A stretch of DNA of 20,000 nucleotides from Pseudomonadota bacterium (GTDB lineage: Bacteria > Desulfobacterota > Desulfobacteria > Desulfobacterales > JBDRRP01), in NCBI GenBank assembly GCA_043825735.1, contig JBDRRP010000107.1, positions 294,304 through 314,303 on the forward strand, given 5' to 3'. Of the stretch, positions 1 through 7,585 are shown piece after piece (positions within the stretch are counted from its first letter, which is position 1; every line of letters begins with the position of its first letter). A program made the position numbers and the translations under genes. Below the pieces are notes generated by a model, which worked only from the letters and a program-made list of their open reading frames with translations, did no database searches and was not told the DNA's origin.

Positions 1-804
1 ATCTACGTACGCAGCGACGACGGCAACATGGTGCCCATGAGCAGCCTTGCCAGTTTGTCCACCGTGCTGGCACCACAGCTGGTCACGCGCTACAATCAGT
101 TTGCCTCGGCCCAGATCAACGGCGAGGCCGCCCGGGGGTTCAGCACCGGCGAGGCGATGGACGCCATGGCGCAAGTGGCCGCCAAAACACTGCCCGACGG
201 GTATGCCTACGAATGGTCCGCCATCTCCTATCAGGAGCAGCAGAGCGGCGGACAGGCGCCGGTGCTGCTGCTGCTGGCACTGGTTTTCGGCTACCTTTTC
301 CTGGTGGCCCAGTACGAAAGCTGGACCATTCCGCTGAGCGTCATGATTTCCATTTCGGTGGCGGTCCTGGGCGCGCTGGCGGGGCTCTGGGCGACCGGCC
401 TGGATCTGAGCATCTACGCCCAGATCGGCCTGGTGCTGCTGGTGGGGCTGGCAAGCAAGAACGCCATTCTCATCGTGGAGTTCTCCAGAGACCAGCGCGC
501 CGCCGGGGTGCCGCTGTTCGAAGCGGCGGTGGCCGGTGCACGGATCCGCTACCGGGCCGTGCTCATGACGGCGTTTTCCTTTATTTTAGGCGTGCTGCCC
601 CTGGTGATCGCAGAAGGTGCCGGCGCCAACAGCCGGCGTTCCATGGGCACTACGGTGTTCTTTGGCATGCTGGCAGCAACGGTGGCCGGCATCTTCCTCA
701 TCCCGGCGCTCTATTACGTGTTGCAGAACGGGCGGGAGGCCATGTTGGCCCGCCGGCAGCGGCGGCGGGAGAACATCGAACATCGAACGTCCAACATCGA
801 ATGA
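1..804 (+). CDS. RND-family (AcrB/HAE1-like) efflux permease, C-terminal part, 5' truncated by the window edge
   Basis: Frame is open from base 1 (IYVRSDDGNMVPM...). Typical AcrB C-terminal motifs: 'LVAQYESWTIPLSV', 'GLASKNAILIVEF', 'RYRAVLMTAFSFILGVLPL', 'GIFLIPALY'. The last residues (NIEHRTSNIE) and the stop are encoded by the heptamer repeat. Confidence 0.95.
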   Translation: MYVRSDDGNMVPMSSLASLSTVLAPQLVTRYNQFASAQINGEAARGFSTGEAMDAMAQVAAKTLPDGYAYEWSAISYQEQQSGGQAPVLLLLALVFGYLFLVAQYESWTIPLSVMISISVAVLGALAGLWATGLDLSIYAQIGLVLLVGLASKNAILIVEFSRDQRAAGVPLFEAAVAGARIRYRAVLMTAFSFILGVLPLVIAEGAGANSRRSMGTTVFFGMLAATVAGIFLIPALYYVLQNGREAMLARRQRRRENIEHRTSNIE

Positions 805-1090
805 TGAATGAAAAGGCGAACGACGAAGGGCGAACATCGAACATCGAATGGTGAATGAAAGGGCGGAGGGCGAACGTCGAATGAAAGGGTAACGAATGCT
901 GTCGATGCGGTTTGCATTCGATGTTAATATCTCTCGCCTTTCTTGGCGCGAGAACCGGTTTTTTGGTTTTCTATTCGATGTTCAGCGTTCGACGTTCGAT
1001 GTTCGAAGTTCATTTTTAATTTTGCTTTTCTTTGCGCCGTTGCGTCTTTGCGCGAGAACCGGTTTTTTGGTTTTTTATTTGACGTTCATC
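771..1090. repeat. Composite heptamer (AACATCG-type) repeat cluster with inverted arms and a 39-bp direct duplication
   Basis: 772-813 AACATCG AACATCG AACGTCC AACATCG AATGATG AATGAAA. 819-860 is a second array. 973-1012 is the same heptamer array on the opposite strand. 946-984 and 1050-1088 are direct repeats (36/39 identical). Confidence 0.9.
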
Positions 1091-1144
1091 GATTGAATGC
1101 TCATAAAAACCAGCGATGTATCCTAAGTGGTGAAGGTTGCCGGT

Positions 1145-1174
1145 GACGATTACGAGCACGCGCACGAGCACGAA
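1145..1174 (+). repeat. Hexamer array (CACGAG-type)
   Basis: GACGAT TACGAG CACGCG CACGAG CACGAA followed by an A-run. Confidence 0.75.
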
Positions 1175-1232
1175 AAAAGCAACGGCTTGAGCTTTCCGGA
1201 TAACCGCGTACTTTTAAATGGGAAGTACTTTC

Positions 1233-2678
1233 ATGCGACGCATTTTTTGGATTGGCAACCTTATTCTCTTGTCGGTGCTTGTTTCCGGATGCGCCAGTGT
1301 CGGTCCGGATTACACGCCCCCATCCATCGATGCCCCGGAGCACTGGCACACGGATTTGAAGGACGGCCTGACGCCGCAGCCGTCAGACCCGGCGGTACTT
1401 GCGGGCTGGTGGCGCACCCTTGACGATCCGTTGCTTTCCGCATTGATGGCGCGTGCCGTCAAAGGCAATCTGGACCTTCGGGAGGCCCGGGCGCGGGTCC
1501 GTGAGGCGCGGGCCCGGCGGGGCATCAGTGAAGCGGCCTTCTACCCGAGCGTGGACGCCACCGGCTCGGTCAGCAAGGGGCGCAGCAGTGAAAACAGCGG
1601 CTCCGGCAAGGAGAGCACCCTCTACAGCGCCGGGTTCGACGCCGGCTGGGAGCTGGATGTCTTCGGCGGGACACGCCGCACTGTCGAGGCCGCCCAGGCC
1701 GGACTTGAGGCCAGTGACGCCGATCTGAGCGATGTCCTGGTGAGCCTGCTGGCCGAGGTGGCGCGCAACTATATCGACGTGCGCACTTACCAGGCACGGC
1801 TTCGGGTGGCCGAGGCCAATATTTCGGCGCAGGAGGCCTCGCTCAATCTCACCCAGTCGCGGTTCGAGGCTGGACTCAGCGACGAACTCGGGGTGCAGCA
1901 GGCCCGCTACAATCTGGAGAACACCCGCGCACTGCTGCCGACGCTGCGCACCGGTCTGTACGCGGCCCAGAACCGACTCTCGGTTCTGCTGGGGGAGCGC
2001 CCCGGGTCGGTAGTCGCTGAACTGACGCCCGATCACGGCATTCCTGTTCCTCCGATCAGCGTGGCCGTCGGCATCCCGGCCGACACCCTTCGGCGGCGGC
2101 CGGACATTCGCCGTGCCGAGCGCCGGCTGGCGGCACAGACCGCCCAGATCGGCGTGGCCACGGCCGATCTCTATCCCCGGTTCCGGCTGCCCGGGGCCAT
2201 CGGTCTGGAATCGCTGTCCGCAGATACCTGGCTCAATTCTTCCAGCCTGTTTTGGCGGATCGCCCCCGGCGTGACCTGGAACATCTTCGATGCCGGCGCC
2301 GTTCGTCAGAACATCGAGGTCCAGGGCGCTCTCCAGGAGCAGGCGCTTGCCCGCTACGAGGCGGCGCTTCTTACAGCCACCGAGGAGGTGGAGAACGCCC
2401 TGAAGGCCTATGCCGAAGAGCAGCTCAGACGCGACGCCCTCATCGCGGCCATCGATGCCGCCGGAAAATCCGTGCAACTGTCCGAAGCGCAGTACAAAGC
2501 CGGGCTCACCGATTTCAGCAACGTGCTTATCGCCCAGCGGTCCCTGCTCGCTTTTCAGGACAACCTGGCCGTGAGTGAGGGGACGGTGACCGCCAACCTG
2601 GTGCGTCTGTACAAGGCGCTGGGCGGCGGCTGGCAGCCGCTGGCAGCCGAAAATGACCGGGAGACAAGCGCGCCATGA
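1233..2678 (+). CDS. Outer-membrane efflux factor lipoprotein (NodT/OprM/TolC family)
   Basis: Signal peptide with lipobox VSG-C ('MRRIFWIGNLILLSVLVSGCASVGPDY'), 'WWRTLDDPLL', 'WELDVFG', 'RRPDIRRAE', 'LYKALGGGW'. ATG 1233 preferred over 1218 because GGGAAG precedes it. Confidence 0.95.
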   Translation: MRRIFWIGNLILLSVLVSGCASVGPDYTPPSIDAPEHWHTDLKDGLTPQPSDPAVLAGWWRTLDDPLLSALMARAVKGNLDLREARARVREARARRGISEAAFYPSVDATGSVSKGRSSENSGSGKESTLYSAGFDAGWELDVFGGTRRTVEAAQAGLEASDADLSDVLVSLLAEVARNYIDVRTYQARLRVAEANISAQEASLNLTQSRFEAGLSDELGVQQARYNLENTRALLPTLRTGLYAAQNRLSVLLGERPGSVVAELTPDHGIPVPPISVAVGIPADTLRRRPDIRRAERRLAAQTAQIGVATADLYPRFRLPGAIGLESLSADTWLNSSSLFWRIAPGVTWNIFDAGAVRQNIEVQGALQEQALARYEAALLTATEEVENALKAYAEEQLRRDALIAAIDAAGKSVQLSEAQYKAGLTDFSNVLIAQRSLLAFQDNLAVSEGTVTANLVRLYKALGGGWQPLAAENDRETSAP

Positions 2679-3985
2679 CCGATCCCTTGAAAAACGGCGC
2701 TCCGGATCTGGCCGACGACGTTACCCGTACGCTGGCTCTTGAATCTGCAGCCCGCCGTCGCCGCCGACGGTGGCGGTGGTTTTTTGCTGTGCTGCTGGTG
2801 CTGATTGCAGGGGCCGGCATTCTCAAATGGGAGGACCGCCGGCAGACCCCGGCCACCCAGTTTGTCACGCTGCCGGCGACGACCGGCAGCCTGACCGTCA
2901 CCGTCACGGCCACCGGCAACCTGCAGCCGATCAACGAAGTGGATGTGGGCAGTGAACTGTCCGGGATCGTTCGGAGCGTGGAAGTCGACTACAATGACGC
3001 GGTAAAGCAGGGGCAGGTGCTGGCGCGGCTCGACACCACCAAGCTCCAGGCGCAGGTGCTTCAGTCCACCGCCGCGCTTGCGGCGGCCAAGGCCAAGGTG
3101 CTTCAGGTGCAGGCCACCATTGCGGAGACCCGGGCCAAACGCGACCGGCTTAAAAACCTGAGCGTCCTCAGTGAGCAGCGGGCCGTCAGCCAGCTCGATA
3201 TCGACGTGGCCGATGCCGCCTTGGCCAGGGCCGAGGCTGACAAGGCCGCCGCCATTGCGGAAGCCGACCGGGCCAAGGCCATCCTGGAGGCCAATGAGAC
3301 CGATCTGGGAAAAGCCGTGATCCGCTCACCCATCAACGGGGTCGTGCTGGTGCGTGCCGTCGAGCCGGGCCAGACCGTGGCCGCTTCGCTTCAGGCCCCG
3401 GTGCTCTTCACCCTGGCTGAAGACCTCTCCCAGATGGCGCTCCACGTCGACGTTGACGAAGCCGACGTGGGGCAGGTCAAAGCCGGGCAGGAGGCCACCT
3501 TTACCGTGGACGCCTTTGCCGATCGCGTCTTCCCGGCGCAGATCACCCAGGTCCGATTCGGCTCGAAGACCACCGGCGGTGTCGTCACTTATGAAACCCT
3601 GCTCAAAGTGGACAACGGCGACCTGTTGCTGCGTCCCGGGATGACCGCCACCGCCGAGATCGTGGTGCGCAAGATCGAAAACGCCCTGTTGGTGCCGAAC
3701 GCGGCGCTGCGGTTTACGCCACCGGCCACCGTCCAGGGTGGGCAACGCAGAAGTGGCGGCATCCTCACCAGGCTCTTTCCGCGGCCGCAACGAAACACTG
3801 AAAAAAAACCGGCCACGGCGGGGAACGGCAAAACACAGCTGCGCGTGTGGACGCTTCGTGACGGCCGGTCGGTGCCTGTCGCCATTTTCACCGGCATGAC
3901 CGACGGCGCCAGCACGCAGGTCACCGGCGGCGATCTCCAGCCCGGCATGCCGCTGATTGTTGACGTGGTGACACAAGGCAAATGA
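2675..3985 (+). CDS. MacA-like periplasmic adaptor (membrane fusion protein)
   Basis: N-terminal TM helix, 'VTATGNLQPINEVDVGSELSG', alpha-hairpin, 'IRSPINGVV', 'GQTVAASLQAPVLF', 'VDEADVG', 'LRPGMTA'. ATGA overlap with the upstream gene. Confidence 0.93.
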   Translation: MTDPLKNGAPDLADDVTRTLALESAARRRRRRWRWFFAVLLVLIAGAGILKWEDRRQTPATQFVTLPATTGSLTVTVTATGNLQPINEVDVGSELSGIVRSVEVDYNDAVKQGQVLARLDTTKLQAQVLQSTAALAAAKAKVLQVQATIAETRAKRDRLKNLSVLSEQRAVSQLDIDVADAALARAEADKAAAIAEADRAKAILEANETDLGKAVIRSPINGVVLVRAVEPGQTVAASLQAPVLFTLAEDLSQMALHVDVDEADVGQVKAGQEATFTVDAFADRVFPAQITQVRFGSKTTGGVVTYETLLKVDNGDLLLRPGMTATAEIVVRKIENALLVPNAALRFTPPATVQGGQRRSGGILTRLFPRPQRNTEKKPATAGNGKTQLRVWTLRDGRSVPVAIFTGMTDGASTQVTGGDLQPGMPLIVDVVTQGK

Positions 3986-4722
3986 CGACCGCAACCGAGC
4001 CATTTCCAGAAACGGATCGCCTGCCGCCGCTCATCGCCTTGCGGGCCGTGAGCAAGGTTTACGGGGCCGGCACCGCTGCCGTGCATGCACTGCGTGGCAT
4101 CGATCTTTCAATTGCATCTGGAGAATTCGTGGCGGTCATGGGTCCGAGCGGGTCGGGCAAATCCACCTGCATGAACATTCTGGGATGCATGGACACCCCG
4201 TCGGCGGGTGAATTCCGTTTCGAGGGAATCAGCGTCGGATCGCTCTCCCGGGACCAGCGCGCCCTGTTGCGGCGCCACCACCTGGGCTTCGTTTTTCAGG
4301 GTTTCAATCTCCTGAACCGTACCACTGCTTTGGAGAATGTCGAGCTGCCGCTGATATACCGCGGCCTGCCGGCGGCCCGGCGGCGTGAAATGGGCCGGGA
4401 AGCGCTGGCATCCGTAGGTCTTTCCGGATGGGAATCCCATACCCCGGGAGAGCTCTCTGGCGGCCAGCAGCAGCGCGTGGCCATCGCGCGGGCCATTGTG
4501 GCCGCGCCCGAAGTCCTGCTGGCCGATGAGCCGACAGGCAACCTCGACTCTGAAAGAAGCCGGGAGATCATGGCGCTGCTCACCCGCTTCAACCGTGAGC
4601 GGGGGATCACGATTGTCATGGTGACCCATGAGGCCGAGATGGCGGCCTATGCCCGGCGTTGCATCGTCTTCAGGGACGGTCGCATTATCGAAGATCCGCT
4701 ATCGAAAGAAATCGCGTCATGA
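3982..4722 (+). CDS. ABC transporter ATP-binding protein (MacB/LolD family)
   Basis: Walker A GPSGSGKST, signature LSGGQQQRVAIARA, Walker B LLADEPTGNLD, H-loop VTHE. ATGA overlap. Confidence 0.97.
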   Translation: MTTATEPFPETDRLPPLIALRAVSKVYGAGTAAVHALRGIDLSIASGEFVAVMGPSGSGKSTCMNILGCMDTPSAGEFRFEGISVGSLSRDQRALLRRHHLGFVFQGFNLLNRTTALENVELPLIYRGLPAARRREMGREALASVGLSGWESHTPGELSGGQQQRVAIARAIVAAPEVLLADEPTGNLDSERSREIMALLTRFNRERGITIVMVTHEAEMAAYARRCIVFRDGRIIEDPLSKEIAS

Positions 4723-5930
4723 TCGGGGAAAGCATCCATCTGGCATTGCGGGAGATCCGTCGCAACGTGCTGCGCTCCTCGCTCACGATTCTCGGCATCG
4801 TGATCGGCGTGGCGGCGGTCATCGTCATGGTGACCATCGGCGCCGGTGCCACGGCCCAGGTCACCAACGATATCGCCAAACTGGGCAGCAATCTGCTCAT
4901 GGTGCGTCCCGGGCAGGGATTCCGGGGGCCGGGGGGCTCGCGCTCCAGTGCGGAGGGCTTTGAGACGGACGATGCCGATGCCATCGCCGGCGAAATCAGC
5001 GGTCTTTCCAGCGTGGCGCCCACTTCGAGTCAGTCGAGTCAGGCCATTTTCGGCAATACCAACTGGGCGACCACGGTCACCGGCAGCACCAACGCATACC
5101 TCGATGCCCGCGATTGGCACCTGGCCACAGGACGCCGGTTTTCCGAAGGCGAGCTGCGCTCCGGCAAGGCAGTCTGCATCATCGGCGCTACGGTGAAAAG
5201 GGAGCTTTTCGGCGCGCAGAAGGCCGTCGGTGAGGCAATCCGGCTCAAACAGCTCACCTGCCAGGTGATCGGGGTGTTCGACGAAAAGGGGCAGTCCGGT
5301 TTCGGTCAGGACCAGGACGACTTCGTGCTGGTGCCGCTGCGGATGTTCCAGCGCCGCATTGCGGGTGATACGCGCGTCGGCATCATTTACGTGTCCGCCC
5401 GGGATGGGGTGCCCACCGAGAAGGTCCAGGCCGCCATCGAGCGTCTGATGCGAGAACGGCGGCGCATCGCTCCGGGCAAGGATGACGACTTCAATGTCCG
5501 GGACATGAAGGAGATCATGGCCACCCTCACCGGCACCACCCGGATTCTCACCGCGCTCTTGAGCGCCGTGGCGGCCGTGAGTCTGCTGGTGGGGGGGATC
5601 GGCATCATGAACATCATGCTGGTCTCGGTGACCGAGCGGACCCGCGAGATCGGCATCCGCCTGGCCATCGGTGCGCTTGAAGGCGACGTGCTCAAGCAGT
5701 TTCTGGTCGAGTCGGTCGTCTTGTCGTGCCTGGGCGGGCTGGTCGGGATCGCGCTGGGACTGGGCGGTGCGGCCGCCGGTGCCCGAATGCTGGAGATCCC
5801 CTTTATCTTAAATCCCATCATCGTCCTGGAGGCGTTCTTTTTTTCGGGCGCCGTCGGTGTGATCTTCGGCTATTTTCCGGCCAGAAAGGCCGCCCGCCTG
5901 GATCCCATCGAGAGCCTGCGCCACGAGTAG
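4719..5930 (+). CDS. MacB/FtsX-family ABC permease
   Basis: 'RSSLTILGIVIGVAAVI', 'VGGIGIMNIMLVSVTERTREIGIR', 'GYFPARKAARLDPIESLRHE'. Start taken at ATG 4719 (ATGA overlap with the ATPase stop). Confidence 0.96.
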   Translation: MIGESIHLALREIRRNVLRSSLTILGIVIGVAAVIVMVTIGAGATAQVTNDIAKLGSNLLMVRPGQGFRGPGGSRSSAEGFETDDADAIAGEISGLSSVAPTSSQSSQAIFGNTNWATTVTGSTNAYLDARDWHLATGRRFSEGELRSGKAVCIIGATVKRELFGAQKAVGEAIRLKQLTCQVIGVFDEKGQSGFGQDQDDFVLVPLRMFQRRIAGDTRVGIIYVSARDGVPTEKVQAAIERLMRERRRIAPGKDDDFNVRDMKEIMATLTGTTRILTALLSAVAAVSLLVGGIGIMNIMLVSVTERTREIGIRLAIGALEGDVLKQFLVESVVLSCLGGLVGIALGLGGAAAGARMLEIPFILNPIIVLEAFFFSGAVGVIFGYFPARKAARLDPIESLRHE

Positions 5931-5970
5931 CTTTGATGGTCATGTAAGAAGTCGCATTTCTCCTTTTCCG

Positions 5971-6104
5971 GTCATCCCGGCGAAGGCCGGGATCCAGAGG
6001 TTTTAAATACATCTTGTATCTGGATTCATCCCGAAGCCAGGGTCTCTCGAATACCGGTTTACAGCCGTCGGCACTGCTGGATACCGGATCGGGTCCGGTA
6101 TGAC
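5971..6104. repeat. Inverted pair of REP-like palindromes (REPIN-like)
   Basis: GTCATCCCGGCGAAGGCCGGGATCCAG (5971-5997) and, on the minus strand, GTCATACCGGACCCGATCCGGTATCCAG (6104-6077). Each is an internal hairpin bounded by GTCAT...ATCCAG. Located between convergent genes. Confidence 0.85.
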
Positions 6105-6145
6105 AATCGGGGCACTTTTTACGGTTTCATCGACCTCGAATATAT

Positions 6146-6180
6146 AAAAAGGGCGGCCGGCCGGAGATAGCCGTCGCCCT
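6146..6180 (-). terminator. Probable rho-independent terminator of the DUF2959 gene
   Basis: Minus strand AGGGCGACGGC-TATCTCCG-GCCGGCCGCCCT followed by TTTT/ATATA, about 58 nt after the stop at 6238. Confidence 0.65.
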
Positions 6181-6237
6181 CAATGACATCTATTGTCGCG
6201 GAGTCATCCGTTGACGTTTTTGTGGGAGCAGCCCTTT

Positions 6238-6900
6238 TTATTGCTTGATATTGGCGATAAACTGCTCGGAGCTCTTGATGGAAGCGTTCATGTTTTGAAT
6301 CAAGCCGTCGATGTCTTTTTTCAGCGTCGAGAACTCGGCTTTCAATGACCCGATGGCCTGAGCGTTCAGGTTGTGCTTGAGAAAGAGCACGTTGTCACGG
6401 AATGTGTTCAGAACCGGCGTCATGCTCTTTTCGGCCTTGCGCATGCTGGCCAGCATGGCCTTGTAGCGCGCGCGGGTATCGTTGAGTTTGCGCTGGCTGG
6501 ATTGCCGCAGCGAGGCACTGGTGTAAAGTGCAAGCTCGTCCTCCCATTCCTCGAAAAGTGCCTCTGCCACCGATGCCACCTTGTCGATGCGATCGGAAAC
6601 GGTTTTGGCGGCATCCTCGCAGTCCTCGAACTCGGCATTGAGCTTTTCGTAGGCCGCTTTCAGATCGCTGTCACCGATGTTGACCACCGCGCTGAACTGC
6701 TCAAGCGCCGATTTGAACTGGTCCTGTGCCTCGGTCTGCGCGTCCCGTGCCCCTTCCACCCGGTCGATGAGAATGTCCCGTTTGTGAACGCCGACTTTTT
6801 CCATGGCACCGTAGTACGCGCTTGCGCAGCCGCCTGCCAGCGCGGCGGCAGCCAGGATGATCAGGCATTTCAGGGCACGGAATGTGGTGGATCGTTTCAT
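6238..6900 (-). CDS. DUF2959 family lipoprotein (coiled-coil)
   Basis: Lipobox-like AGG-C, then 'AYYGAMEKVGVHKRDILIDRV', 'FRDNVLFLKHNLNAQAIGSL', which I recognise as DUF2959. AAGGAG lies upstream of ATG 6900; the longer 7032 start runs through a terminator and the upstream gene. Confidence 0.88.
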   Translation of the reverse strand: MKRSTTFRALKCLIILAAAALAGGCASAYYGAMEKVGVHKRDILIDRVEGARDAQTEAQDQFKSALEQFSAVVNIGDSDLKAAYEKLNAEFEDCEDAAKTVSDRIDKVASVAEALFEEWEDELALYTSASLRQSSQRKLNDTRARYKAMLASMRKAEKSMTPVLNTFRDNVLFLKHNLNAQAIGSLKAEFSTLKKDIDGLIQNMNASIKSSEQFIANIKQ

Positions 6901-6928
6901 GACTGGCTCCTTTGGGAGGGCGCTGACT

Positions 6929-6967
6929 AAAACGCCCCCTGCGGATACGCACAGGGGGCGCGGTTTT
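6929..6967 (-). terminator. Rho-independent terminator after the 83-aa ORF
   Basis: Minus strand CGCCCCCTG-TGCGTATCCG-CAGGGGGCG followed by TTTT; T-runs on both strands. Confidence 0.75.
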
Positions 6968-6982
6968 CGGCTAATCAGCGGA

Positions 6983-7234
6983 TCAGGCCAGAAAACCCGG
7001 ATCGATGTCCTTGACGAATTCGTCGATGGCATCGCCGAAGTGCGTCAGAAATTTATCCATGCCTTTGCTGCCGGACATTTTGCCGGCAATGACGGCCGCC
7101 TTGGCGTAAACCTCTTCGAATCCGTTTTTGTCAAGGCCACTGATTTCGTGCGCCTCTTCTTTGGAGATGTGCCCCGTGTGCGCGAATACGGCCGCAAGAA
7201 CACCCGTCACTTTTTTCACTTTTTCCTTGGCCAT
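6983..7234 (-). CDS. Small hypothetical protein (83 aa)
   Basis: Strong RBS AAGGAGG upstream of the ATG, its own terminator, and a protein-like charged helical composition. No family recognised. Confidence 0.8.
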   Translation of the reverse strand: MAKEKVKKVTGVLAAVFAHTGHISKEEAHEISGLDKNGFEEVYAKAAVIAGKMSGSKGMDKFLTHFGDAIDEFVKDIDPGFLA

Positions 7235-7358
7235 CGTACCTCCTTCCGTTTAGCTGGCGTGGTTGCTGCATTGACCCACTGCGTTTTGGATACCCATGTT
7301 CAAATATGCATTATAGCCATTGTCATAAAACCGTTCCGTTTGCACAACAACGCATGGT

Positions 7359-7419
7359 GAACATCGAAATCGCTATCGGTATCGCTATCGGCCTCGGAAA
7401 ACATCGATTTCGACCCCGA
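7359..7419 (+). repeat. ATCGNN hexamer palindromic element, copy 1
   Basis: GAAC ATCGAA ATCGCT ATCGGT ATCGCT ATCGGC CTCGGA AAAC ATCGAT TTCGAC CCCGA. Homologous to 13201-13293 on the opposite strand. Confidence 0.85.
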
Positions 7420-7528
7420 GAGGATCTTGGCGATGAAACGGAACATTATTCTGCCAAGCACGCTTAAAACAAAGACAAAATCCGGAGACAGCTACCAGAA
7501 TTTTTTGCCTTATGTCCATTCATAAATA

Positions 7529-7557
7529 CCCCTCCCCTGGTGGGAGGGGACAGGGGA
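7529..7557. repeat. CCCCTCCC/GGGAGGGG hairpin (REP-like, possibly acting as vapC terminator)
   Basis: CCCCTCCC-CTGGT-GGGAGGGG-ACAGGGGA, a perfect 8-bp stem about 30 nt downstream of the vapC stop. Confidence 0.55.
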
Positions 7558-7585
7558 GCACCGAGGCTGAAAATGCCCGCCGCTG

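Noticed and set aside
771..1090. Possible CRISPR array
   Set aside because: Units are degenerate 7-mers without constant 23-47-bp repeats or unique spacers, and no cas genes are present.
896..1146. Short ORFs in the repeat cluster (896-1096, 943-1146)
   Set aside because: Translations (FDVRCSKF...) simply reflect the heptamer repeats; no RBS seen.
1383..2477. 364-aa antisense ORF (likewise 213-854, 3326-4003, 9349-10419, 11794-12420)
   Set aside because: Shadow ORFs overlapping well-supported GC-rich genes; Arg/Gly/Pro-rich or antisense-like composition with no family motifs.
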